From contig JAFRSH010000027.1 of the NCBI GenBank assembly GCA_017427685.1, positions 2,477 to 66,476 on the forward strand: 64,000 nucleotides of DNA, in the 5' to 3' direction. Source of the DNA: Lachnospiraceae bacterium. GTDB lineage: Bacteria > Bacillota > Clostridia > Lachnospirales > Lachnospiraceae. Under the pieces are notes generated by a model, which searched no databases, was not told the DNA's origin, and saw nothing but the letters and a program-made list of their open reading frames with translations. Numbering within the stretch: the first letter of the stretch is position 1; each line of letters starts with the position of its first letter. Shown piece by piece: positions 45,879-55,100 of the stretch. The position numbers and the translations under genes are program-made.

Positions 45879-48104
45879 ATGAGCGAGAAGCCTACCGCGT
45901 ACAAAGGAGACGAAAAGTACATTTTTGTAAGCTACGCCCACAAGGACAGCGCTGACGTGATGCCTCTCATCGAGGCTCTGCAGAGCGCTTCATACCGCGT
46001 GTGGTATGACGAGGGGATCGAACCCGGCAACGACTGGGCAGGCGTGATCGGTAACAACCTTGAGAAGGCTGCAATCGTGCTTTTCTGCGCGTCCAAGACA
46101 TCGGTCAAGCGTGACAACGTGCTGCGCGAGATCGCATTTGCCGGAGAACATGATGTGCCCGTCCTCACGGTGACGATCGGAAACGTTGCGTTCCCGGCCG
46201 AGCTCGAGAGGATGCTCATGGTCAATCAGACCGTTTCGCTCAGGACTTTTAAGACATACGGCGATTTCGTGAATGCGATCTCAGGCGTGCTGAAGAAGGC
46301 CGGGACCTACGCAGGAGCAGCAGAGGGCAGCTCCGTAACGGAAGTTAAGGAAGCTTCCGCTGTGGCTACGGGCGGGGCACTCGATAAGAAGATCATGCTT
46401 GGAAGCAGGATGAAGCGTAACAAGCTGATCCTCAGACTGCTCATCGTACTCGCTGTTCTGGCGGCACTTGCGGCAGCGACCTTCTTCGTGGCTTTCAAGG
46501 ATGTACCCGACGTTATCGACATGGATGCGGACGAGGCGCGCGCACTGATCGAAGAAGCCGGTTTTGATTGTGATATCAGTAACGATTACTCTGATACATA
46601 TCCGTTCGGAAAGGTATTCGCGCAGAGCAGGAGCGGTATGAACTTCCGCTTTGTGCCCGTCCTTATCAGGCAGAGCCTCGGACCCGAGGAGAACCTGACG
46701 GATGTTCCGGACACTGTAACGCACCATATAAGCGAAGCGGCGTCGATGCTGATCACCGCCGGCATGAAGAAGTTTGAGATCTCACCCGTGCTCGGTACGG
46801 GCAGAGAGAACGCGCATGTCGATGCGCAGAGCATCCCTGCGGGACTCAGGGTTTCGAGAAACAACGTGATAGACCTTGATGTGGCAACGGACGGCGGCGA
46901 AATCATCTTTGAGATCGCGGGCAAGTACTACGTGATCCGCGGTACGCAGCCTGTAGTTGTCGATGCGGACGATACGAGCAATCTTGAGGAAGTGAAGCCC
47001 GCGGAGGATCCGAACCCGGCTCCCGACAGGAGCACGACCCCTGATGATACCACAGGCTCAATTTCGGGCGGTGATGTCGCAGCGGTCACAGAGGATGAAG
47101 GCGCGGCAGAAGAAGATACGGCCGATACAGAAGATACAGCAGACGCAGGCGATGAAACACCCGAGGGACGGGACGTTGCAGGCGTGACAGATGCTGAAGC
47201 GGAAGAACCTGAAGTCGAAGAAGTACCCGAGCCTACACCTGTTCCGGCACCTACGGCTACGCCTGTTCCCGAACCCACACCGGTACCTACACCGACGCCG
47301 GCACCCACAGCGACACCCGTTCCCACGGCGACGCCTGTTCCCACGGCAACACCTTCGCCCACACCCACACCGAAGCCTACAGCGACACCCACTCCGACTC
47401 CGGAAACGGCGAAGTACAACAGCCTCGGCGGGAACAAGTGGGAGGTTTATAATCAGGCGGCCATGCAGGAGATCCATGATATGCCCATGACTGCAGAGGA
47501 AGCCCGGTCGTACGGTGACGAATGGTTCGAAGGAGAGCACGCCAACGACACATACAGCACTAACATGAAGATCATGGATGACTTTACGATCAACACGGAT
47601 CTGGGAGGGCTTTGGACTGTCGAAGTTCCTTCGGGAAGGACGCTCACCATTGGTAAGGGCGGAAGGCTTCAGGCATGTGTGACGGTACAGAAGGGCGCCA
47701 AGATCGTGGTTGAATCGGGTGGCAAGCTCTGGTGTACGCAGGGCGGCGAGGAGTGCATCATGAACTACGGCACCGTCGATGTCAAATCGGGCGGCCAGAT
47801 CCAGAGTATGTTCGGAGGAACCTTCAACAACCTTTCGGGCGCGACACTCAACCTGAACGGAACCTTTAACTGCGGATCCGTTATGCATAACGTGACTCCC
47901 GACGGCTCGATGGCCCGTGCTGTATGGTTCGTGAACAAGGGAACCGTTAAGGGCAGTGGAAAAGCAACTATCTTCGGAGCTTTCCTCGGAAATTATACCG
48001 ATGAGGAGATAGATGAATTCTTTAACTGGGCTGAGGAACAGCTCGCTGAAAGGCTCGGAAACAGCAGTATCACGACGAGTCAGAACAGGGATTATGATCC
48101 GTAA
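45879..48104 (+). CDS. TIR-domain membrane protein with PASTA-like repeats, Pro/Thr linker and a C-terminal beta-rich module
   Basis: TIR_2-type N-terminus KYIFVSYAHKDSADVMPLIEALQSASYRVWYDE...IVLFCASKTSVKRDNVLREIAFA. KRNK, then TM LILRLLIVLAVLAALAAATFFVAF. Two PASTA-like units (VPDVIDMDADEARALIEEAGF..., VPDTVTHHISEAASMLITAGM...). A (T/P)-rich linker. The C-terminal ~200 aa resemble the end of ORF 52184..56305. Confidence 0.8.
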   Translation: MSEKPTAYKGDEKYIFVSYAHKDSADVMPLIEALQSASYRVWYDEGIEPGNDWAGVIGNNLEKAAIVLFCASKTSVKRDNVLREIAFAGEHDVPVLTVTIGNVAFPAELERMLMVNQTVSLRTFKTYGDFVNAISGVLKKAGTYAGAAEGSSVTEVKEASAVATGGALDKKIMLGSRMKRNKLILRLLIVLAVLAALAAATFFVAFKDVPDVIDMDADEARALIEEAGFDCDISNDYSDTYPFGKVFAQSRSGMNFRFVPVLIRQSLGPEENLTDVPDTVTHHISEAASMLITAGMKKFEISPVLGTGRENAHVDAQSIPAGLRVSRNNVIDLDVATDGGEIIFEIAGKYYVIRGTQPVVVDADDTSNLEEVKPAEDPNPAPDRSTTPDDTTGSISGGDVAAVTEDEGAAEEDTADTEDTADAGDETPEGRDVAGVTDAEAEEPEVEEVPEPTPVPAPTATPVPEPTPVPTPTPAPTATPVPTATPVPTATPSPTPTPKPTATPTPTPETAKYNSLGGNKWEVYNQAAMQEIHDMPMTAEEARSYGDEWFEGEHANDTYSTNMKIMDDFTINTDLGGLWTVEVPSGRTLTIGKGGRLQACVTVQKGAKIVVESGGKLWCTQGGEECIMNYGTVDVKSGGQIQSMFGGTFNNLSGATLNLNGTFNCGSVMHNVTPDGSMARAVWFVNKGTVKGSGKATIFGAFLGNYTDEEIDEFFNWAEEQLAERLGNSSITTSQNRDYDP

Positions 48105-48136
48105 TATAATACGATGTTTATAAAGAAAGGGTACAA

Positions 48137-49030
48137 ATGATGAGAAGAAGAACAATCGTTTTTTCGATTTTGGTTGGTATAATGGCTGCATGCCTGCTTA
48201 TGGGATGCAAATCAGGGACAAAGCTTGAAAACATAGCCTTTGATAAAGAAAAGAACAGTTACACATGTGAGTATGATGGCTTAAAACGAGAGTTTATCGT
48301 AAGTCTGCCCGAGACGGCGAAGAATGCTCCGCTTGTTGTCATGCTTCACGGGTCCGGGGATGCCGCAGACAACTTCAGACAAACCTCTGAGTTCGACAAA
48401 GATGCGAATGAAAAGGGCTATGCTGTCTGCTTTATCAACGGAACGGTCAATGTTAAGGCCGGAAGAAACTCATGCAGTTGGAACTACGGAAGGATCGAAC
48501 CCGATAATGATGACGTATCGTTTATAAAAGAAGTGGTAAAGTACGTCTGCGATGAGTACTCGCTCGACGATGATGATGTTTACTGCGCGGGATTCTCGAA
48601 CGGAGGCTACATGAACTTCAGACTTGCACTCGAGGCCCAGGACGTCTTCAAGGGCTGTGTCAGTGTCGGAGGAGATCTCTGCAAGACCCTTTGGAACAAA
48701 AAGCCCGAAAAGAATGATGTGAGTCTCATGGCTGTATACGGCGAAAAGGACGAGATAGTTCCGAAGAACCTTGACGGATCGGCAAAGAGCGCACTCGATC
48801 CGGCGATAGAAGATGTGCTTGAGTATCTCGCATCGTCAAACGGACTCGCCAAGCAATCGGAGGGCGAGATCGGAAGCGGTTCGACCATATATAAATACGG
48901 TGCGGACGGAGACAGCGATGCCATTTGGGGTGTGCTTGTAAAGGACGGCAAGCACGGATGGCCGACGCAGGAGTCTAATGGTTTCAGTGTGAATCAGTTG
49001 ATACTTGAGTTCTTTTCAAGCATCAAGTGA
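48137..49030 (+). CDS. Lipoprotein esterase, PHB-depolymerase/feruloyl-esterase (COG3509-like) family
   Basis: Lipobox LLMGC, VVMLHGSGD, nucleophile elbow GFSNGG. Confidence 0.75.
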   Translation: MMRRRTIVFSILVGIMAACLLMGCKSGTKLENIAFDKEKNSYTCEYDGLKREFIVSLPETAKNAPLVVMLHGSGDAADNFRQTSEFDKDANEKGYAVCFINGTVNVKAGRNSCSWNYGRIEPDNDDVSFIKEVVKYVCDEYSLDDDDVYCAGFSNGGYMNFRLALEAQDVFKGCVSVGGDLCKTLWNKKPEKNDVSLMAVYGEKDEIVPKNLDGSAKSALDPAIEDVLEYLASSNGLAKQSEGEIGSGSTIYKYGADGDSDAIWGVLVKDGKHGWPTQESNGFSVNQLILEFFSSIK

Positions 49031-49085
49031 TCCCAAAACGCTGTCGTCTAATTGTTTTTTGGAAAACACACGGGCGCGGAAAAGC
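49031..49085 (+). repeat. Family B repeat, partial (copy B3; the left outer arm overlaps or is replaced by the esterase 3' end)
   Basis: TCCCAAAACGCTGTCGTCTAATTGTTTTTTGGAAAACACACGGGCGCGGAAAAGC matches the inner stem and right arm of B1 and B4. Confidence 0.65.
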
Positions 49086-49124
49086 TTGTGAACGTTTAGG
49101 AAGAGTAGAGAAAAGCAGAGGATT

Positions 49125-50765
49125 ATGGTTAAGGATGCGATAAAAACACAATATATTCCTCTTGTTCTGGGAGTTACGGGACACAGGGACATCACTCCTG
49201 ATGACGCCAGACTCGCCCGGGATGTCGTTAGATACGAGATCAAGAGGCTCGCAGCACTTGCTCCCGACACTCCCTTGGAGTTGCTCTCGAGCCTTGCGGC
49301 GGGAGCGGACAGGATCGTAGCTGAGGTGGCTCTTGAAGAAGGGATCCCTCTCACTGTCATCCTCCCAATGAAGTCGGAGCTTTATGAGGAAGACTTTACC
49401 CCCGAAGAGGTTACAGAGTACAGGGAGCTTCTCTCGGGCGCATCAAACGTCTTCGTTGCGCCCGAGATCGAGGATCACAAAGAAGGTCGCGACTTCCTCT
49501 ACCGTCAGGCCGGGATTTACGTAGCGACACATTCACATGTGCTCATAGCGCTCTGGGACGGTTCGGAGCCGAAACGCGGGGGATGCGGAACCGCTGAGAC
49601 GGTGGACATCAAGCTTAAGGGAAGCCTCGAACTCAGCAAGGCACCGGGCTTTTCGCCCGAGAAGGGGTTCGTGATACATATCCCCGTAAGAAGAGGTGGA
49701 GTGGAACCTTTCCCCGAAAGGACCATCACACCGAACTATCTCGGCGATGAGAAGACTTTTAACAGAGTTATCGAACGAACTGAAGAGTTTAACAGGAGCG
49801 CCCTGAAGCTCGCCGCGAAGGGAGAAATCGCATCGCAGGCTTCACTCGCCGGGTCGGAGCATGAGACCGGGAACGAACGCGCTTTCGAGCGTATGTCGAG
49901 GGTCGGATGCGCAGCGGATCTCAGCAGTGTGAAGGGAGCCAAGAGACACAGGATCACAGTCGGACTGATCGCCGTGATGGCGACGCTCCTTACGATGTCG
50001 TTCCTTCTTTATGACGAAGCAAACATTCATTACCTGATCGTCGGCTGTGGCGTGATGATCGTGGGTATATACGTTCTGAACCTGCTTGCCCGGAAGCGTG
50101 ACTTCCATCGCAAGTATCTTGAGTACAGACTGCTTGCGGAGGCGCTTCGTGTTCAGAGTGCACTGATCGAGGCAGGTGTTTATGCCGAGACCTTCGAGAT
50201 GCTCTCGTGGGCACAGAAGCTCGAGACACCGTGGATCAGCCGTGCACTGGCGGCTATCTGCATCTACGATCCCGATTCGCTCACGCTGACCGGTGCGACC
50301 GACAACTGGATCAACGGACAGCTCTCGTATCAGAGGAGAGCCGTGGAACGCGCCAAGGCTCAGTCGAAAGCGAACGACAGGATAGTGCACGTCGCTGTCG
50401 CGATCACTGTAGCGGTGTACATGGCGGCACTCGTGTTCGAGATCTTCTGGGCAGGAACTTTCGGAGGAAGCGCGAAGCTGGGTGAAGTCGATGCCGAGTT
50501 CGTGAGGACCATCTTCAAACTCGCCACCGGATCGCTTTCAGCGATCTCGCTCTTCGCAGGAAGCTACTACGGCAAGCTCTCGCTTGATCAGTGGGCACAC
50601 GATTCCGAGAGAATGGTGCTGCTTTATGAGGAAGCGAACGCAGCCAAGGAGAACTGCCGTGACCTCGGAAAGCTCTGTGTGAGCCTCGCGAGGGAGGAGC
50701 TGTCGGAGAATATGCGGTGGTACGCGTACCAGAGCGTAAACAGTCCCGACGCGCCTATCAGTTGA
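49125..50765 (+). CDS. SLOG-like (LOG/DprA-type Rossmann) domain fused to two SLATT-like 2TM modules
   Basis: LVLGVTGHRD, LAAGADRIVAEVALEEGIP and RGGCGTAETV. Two TM hairpins, each followed by an amphipathic helix (HRKYLEYRLLAEALRVQ; LDQWAHDSERMVLLYEEA). Confidence 0.6.
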   Translation: MVKDAIKTQYIPLVLGVTGHRDITPDDARLARDVVRYEIKRLAALAPDTPLELLSSLAAGADRIVAEVALEEGIPLTVILPMKSELYEEDFTPEEVTEYRELLSGASNVFVAPEIEDHKEGRDFLYRQAGIYVATHSHVLIALWDGSEPKRGGCGTAETVDIKLKGSLELSKAPGFSPEKGFVIHIPVRRGGVEPFPERTITPNYLGDEKTFNRVIERTEEFNRSALKLAAKGEIASQASLAGSEHETGNERAFERMSRVGCAADLSSVKGAKRHRITVGLIAVMATLLTMSFLLYDEANIHYLIVGCGVMIVGIYVLNLLARKRDFHRKYLEYRLLAEALRVQSALIEAGVYAETFEMLSWAQKLETPWISRALAAICIYDPDSLTLTGATDNWINGQLSYQRRAVERAKAQSKANDRIVHVAVAITVAVYMAALVFEIFWAGTFGGSAKLGEVDAEFVRTIFKLATGSLSAISLFAGSYYGKLSLDQWAHDSERMVLLYEEANAAKENCRDLGKLCVSLAREELSENMRWYAYQSVNSPDAPIS

Positions 50766-50850
50766 AGGGCGCTAAAGAATTGGTTGGATTTTTATAAAAA
50801 TATAGTTATATTTATTGCTTTTCGAACCCCAAATAGAATCAATTGACACA

Positions 50851-50892
50851 CGCGCCTCAATACAACAGTACGTTGAGGCGCGATCCTTTTTT
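50851..50892 (+). terminator. Intrinsic terminator after the SLOG-SLATT-like gene
   Basis: CGCGCCTCAA-12 nt-TTGAGGCGCG followed by ATCCTTTTTT. Confidence 0.75.
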
Positions 50893-50985
50893 CTACTTTA
50901 TTTTTACTTGTAGAAAGCAAATTCAACTGATAGAATCAAGGCAGATACGCAGCCCGGGGAGAGACTCGGGGAAAGGGGAAAAGGA

Positions 50986-51876
50986 ATGAAGAAAATAATT
51001 TATTTAACGCTTATGCTGATCGGGCTTATGGCTGCCTGCATTCTTACGGGATGTTCGTCGTCGGGGCCCAAGCTTGAGAATGTTGAGCTTGATAAGGGTA
51101 ACAAGTACAATTGCACGTTTGAGGATGTTAAGCATGATTTCGTAATCAGCCTTCCCGAGCAGACCAAGAACGCACCTCTCATCGTGATGCTTCACGGAGC
51201 TTCGGATTCTGCTGAGAACTTCAGACTCACGAGCCGTTTTGATGAAGATGCGCTTCCTAAGGGTTACGCAGTTTGCTACGCAACCGGAACCGTTAATGTG
51301 AAGGCCGGAAGAAGTGAGAAGAGCTGGAACTACGGAAGAATGGATCCTGATTACAATGATGTAGGATTTATCAAGGCGCTCGTTAACTACCTTGTTGATG
51401 AGTACTCACTCGACGAAGACCGCGTGTTCTGCGCAGGCTTCTCGAATGGAGGATTCATGAACTTCAGACTCGCGCTTGAGGCACAGGATACATTCCAGGC
51501 ATGCGTGAGCGTCGGTGGAGATCTTTGCAAGACACTTTGGAACAAGAAACCTGAAAAGAACGATGTCGGAATGCTTGCTATCATCGGAGAGATCGATGAG
51601 TCCGTTCCGAAGAACTTCGACGGAACAGCAAAGACTGCTCTTGATCCCGCTATTGAGGATGTACTTGATTACATGGCTTCATCAAACGGCCTTGAGCTTC
51701 AGTCCGAAGCTGAGATCGGAGAAGGTTCGACGATCCGCAAGTATGGTGCTGACGGCGATGAGGACATGGTTTGGGGCGTAGTAGTAAAGGGAGCTAAGCA
51801 TGGATGGCCGACGGAGGAGCTTAACAAGATCAGTGCGAATAAACTCATCCTTGATTTCTTCGAGAATTGGAAATAG
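50986..51876 (+). CDS. Lipoprotein esterase, paralog of 48137..49030
   Basis: Lipobox ILTGC, IVMLHGASD, GFSNGG. Collinear with the first esterase; most positions are identical by eye. Confidence 0.75.
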   Translation: MKKIIYLTLMLIGLMAACILTGCSSSGPKLENVELDKGNKYNCTFEDVKHDFVISLPEQTKNAPLIVMLHGASDSAENFRLTSRFDEDALPKGYAVCYATGTVNVKAGRSEKSWNYGRMDPDYNDVGFIKALVNYLVDEYSLDEDRVFCAGFSNGGFMNFRLALEAQDTFQACVSVGGDLCKTLWNKKPEKNDVGMLAIIGEIDESVPKNFDGTAKTALDPAIEDVLDYMASSNGLELQSEAEIGEGSTIRKYGADGDEDMVWGVVVKGAKHGWPTEELNKISANKLILDFFENWK

Positions 51877-52018
51877 AGTTTCTGAATAATTGAATAGTCA
51901 ACGATCAATTCATCTGCTCGTTCAATCCTCACTCCGGTGATCAATATGTCTATGCATATGCATATGCAAAAAGCGTTTCTTGTTTGGATCACATACAAAG
52001 TGCTCTTTACGTTTAGCA

Positions 52019-52047
52019 TTGCATTTCTTTCGAAATATGGGTAAAAT
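52019..52047 (+). promoter_or_regulatory. Candidate promoter of the 1373-aa secreted-protein gene
   Basis: TTGCAT, 17-nt spacer, TAAAAT. Leaves a leader of about 130 nt containing three short hairpins. Confidence 0.45.
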
Positions 52048-52183
52048 ACATACCATGTATGCGTATAAGAGCCTACTACTTCGTTGAAGTGTATGGCCTA
52101 ACGGCCCTGATCATTCCCTTCGGGAATTGAAGGGGCGAGGAAACGCAGTCGGTAGAAAACCGACGGCAAAGAGGAGGTTTTAA

Positions 52184-55100
52184 ATGAAAAGGATTGCTAC
52201 CAGGTTAGTCGTGTTGTTTGCGATCGTTGCTCTGGTGTTCGGAACACTTCCCGCCGGCAGTGCGGAAGCAGCTTCGAAGAAGAGCAAGAAGAAGACGATC
52301 GTCGTTACGACACAGGAAGAACTTGTTGCTGCTCTCAAGAAGTACGGTTCTTCAAATTCAAAGGTTAAGATCAAGATCGAGACTACCGAGGCAAGTACCT
52401 TCACACTCAGTGCGAAGTACAGCTCGGACAGTATTCAGATCGTTGTTGACGCGCCCAATGCCACCATCAAGAGTAAGGCTAAGGTGTCGAGTATTACTAT
52501 TAATGAGGCGAAGTCTGTTAAGGAGTACGCTTCGGGCAACAAGATCACCGTTAATGATGAGAAGCTGACATTCACAGCTATGGAGAATGCGTCGGTTGAG
52601 AAGCTGACGATCGCTTCCGAGACGGGTACCGTCAAGGTCGTTAACAACGGTGGTATCGAGAAGGTTTCCGTTAAGACCGAAGTTAAGGTTGACCTGACAC
52701 AGAACGGTGAAATGGGACGTGTTTACGTCGCTGCGGCTGCTGATATCAGCGTCAGCGGAACTTCTGAAGAGAGTCTTAAAGTTACGGTTCAGAAGGAAGC
52801 TGTCGGAGCGTCGGTTAAGGCTGAAGTTCCGGTTAGCGTTAACGCTTATGCAGACGTTGATCTGACCCTCGAAAAAGGTGCCGAGAACTCCAAGGTCACA
52901 ATGAAGGAAGAGACGGCAGGCGTTAAGCTTGAGAACAATACGGAAGAAACCGTTTCCGTAAAGGATACCGAAGGAAATACCCAGAAGGTTGAGACAGGTG
53001 AGGACCTCACAACAGACAACTTCGTCGGCAAGCCTGATGAGCCCGAAACAACCGAAGGCACAGTAACAGAGCAGCCTAAGGAAGAGGAGCAGAAGGAAGA
53101 AGAAAAGAAAGACGACACAACCAATACCGGCTCGGACAATAACGAAACGGACAATAATCAGGGGAATACAGATCCCGGTAACAACCAGGGCAACACAGAT
53201 CCCGGCTATACAAGCGTGCCCGGTCCTACCGCTACGGAATTGTTTATAAAAGAACTCACGACTGCAGCTGAGACGGCTGCACAGAACGGCTACAGTCAGC
53301 TTGTGCCTGTAAAGAGAACAACCGATCTTACACTTACCGAGGATATCGTCATTCCTACAGGTGTACAGTTGTTTATCGGATACGAAAACAGTAGTGCAAC
53401 ACTTGACGCAGATTCATATGGAATCAAGCTTTCGGAGAATTCACAGATAATCGTATCGTCCCAGAGTAAGCTTAATGTTGAGGAACAGAAAATAGTCTAC
53501 TCTCCCGAAGATAAGGTTCGCCACACAGAGGCTTGGCTTGTTGTTGAACCGGGTGCAGAGTTTAACTTCGGTGCTTACAGGTTTATCGCTGACGGAGATC
53601 AGGGCGTTACCGATCCTCATTATCATATTTGCGCTATCCGCTATGCGTGCGGTGAGGATTGGCATTGGAGTCAAGACGCAGATCGTAATGTCAGGTTCTT
53701 TAATAATTCCGTTTCTGTTCAGAACAATGGCGGTACCGTAACGATCACCGGTGAAGGCGCAGGCTTAAGCGAGCTTCCCGCTGCTTTCGGTGTTGGCAGC
53801 TATATCCTGAATATTCCAAATACCGATTGGGCTGATTTCGAAAATGCCCGTAACGCAGTACCTGAGGACGGAGTGTTCTCTTATCTTGAGTTCACAAACG
53901 GGGACAACCTCAGTTGCAACAAGTTCGTGACCAAGTTTGGAAATGAAGCGATTTATGAATACGTGAACTCTGACGTTGACTGGCTTAATGCATACCTTGA
54001 TCCGAACAGAGCAAACGAGATATCCGATGCAGAGAAAGCAGGAAAGTACTCGACTATATCTGTTGAGAAATCTGATGTGGGCAGGATCAGGACTGTCACT
54101 ATACCTTCGGGCAACTCAAACGGCGCAGCGATAACGATTACCGGCGAGCTTCGTATTCCTGTGGGTTCAAAGCTTATTGCAAATAAGCCGCTTGACATGA
54201 AAGAGTACGGCGCAGTCCTCAAGATCATGGGAACCTTTGAATCGCAAGCAAATTATTATCATGGTCTTGGCGTTTGCAGCTCGGTGATTGGTAATACAAG
54301 CAAAGAAAGGGCAGGAGTTCCTCATCTTCTCGTAGAGATGTGCGGCCCTCAGGCAAGACTGATTTTAAAAGAAAGCAGTGAGTACAGAGAGTATTTCTTT
54401 AAATACTCATTTGAAGATGGCAGACAGGTTGATCTTACAAAGATCGATCCCGAACAGCAGGGCCTGGCGATCGAAACATGGAGAGACGAGGTAGACGGGA
54501 ACACCTATATAAAATCAATATGGGAATACATCTATATCCCCGAGGATACCACCAAAGGAACACCTCACTGGATGGTTTACAGGAAAACAAAGGGTGCTGC
54601 CGATACAACCGGTGTAGAGGTTGTAAATCATCCTTTCAAAGACAATTTCATATCGCTTGAAGATCTTCGGAAGGGAATAAATATAGGAGTTATAGATAAC
54701 AGGCATGAGCTTGTGAGATTTCTTGACTGGTCAAGCAGTGTTGCATGGTTGTATGTCAACGAGAATTGGAACAACTTGACCGGAATCAGAGAAGTAGCAG
54801 ATGATAATAACAATAAGTATGTCGACTTTAGCGGAATAGCTGCGAATGCTTTTGATGGTATTGAAAACTATGCTAACATCGGGTGGCATAAGTTTTCAAC
54901 AAATACACAACAGTATCTTACATTGCCTGCAAGAAAGTCGTCGGACGGAAACAATATTCCTTGGGAATTGAGCGCCGTTGAGCTTAAGCTAAGCGATTAC
55001 ACTGCAAGCGAACTTTGTTCGATGAGACTCAGGCAGGAAGCTTCTCTTAAAGTGAGCATGGGCGGAACACTTGTGGTTGACTCTGTAATGGCTGCCTCAA

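Noticed and set aside
50815-50845. GGGGTTCGAAAAG on the minus strand, which resembles a tRNA T-loop (GGTTCGAA). It could have been a tRNA fragment or attachment site next to the SLOG-SLATT gene.
   Set aside because: No complementary T-stem, acceptor stem or anticodon arm can be drawn. The surrounding sequence is AT-rich filler.
51945-51970. (ATGCAT)n-like palindromic microrepeat CTATGCATATGCATATGCA in the esterase-to-large-ORF intergenic region.
   Set aside because: It has only about three units, no obvious relation to the promoter 50 nt downstream, and could arise by chance. It is not developed further.
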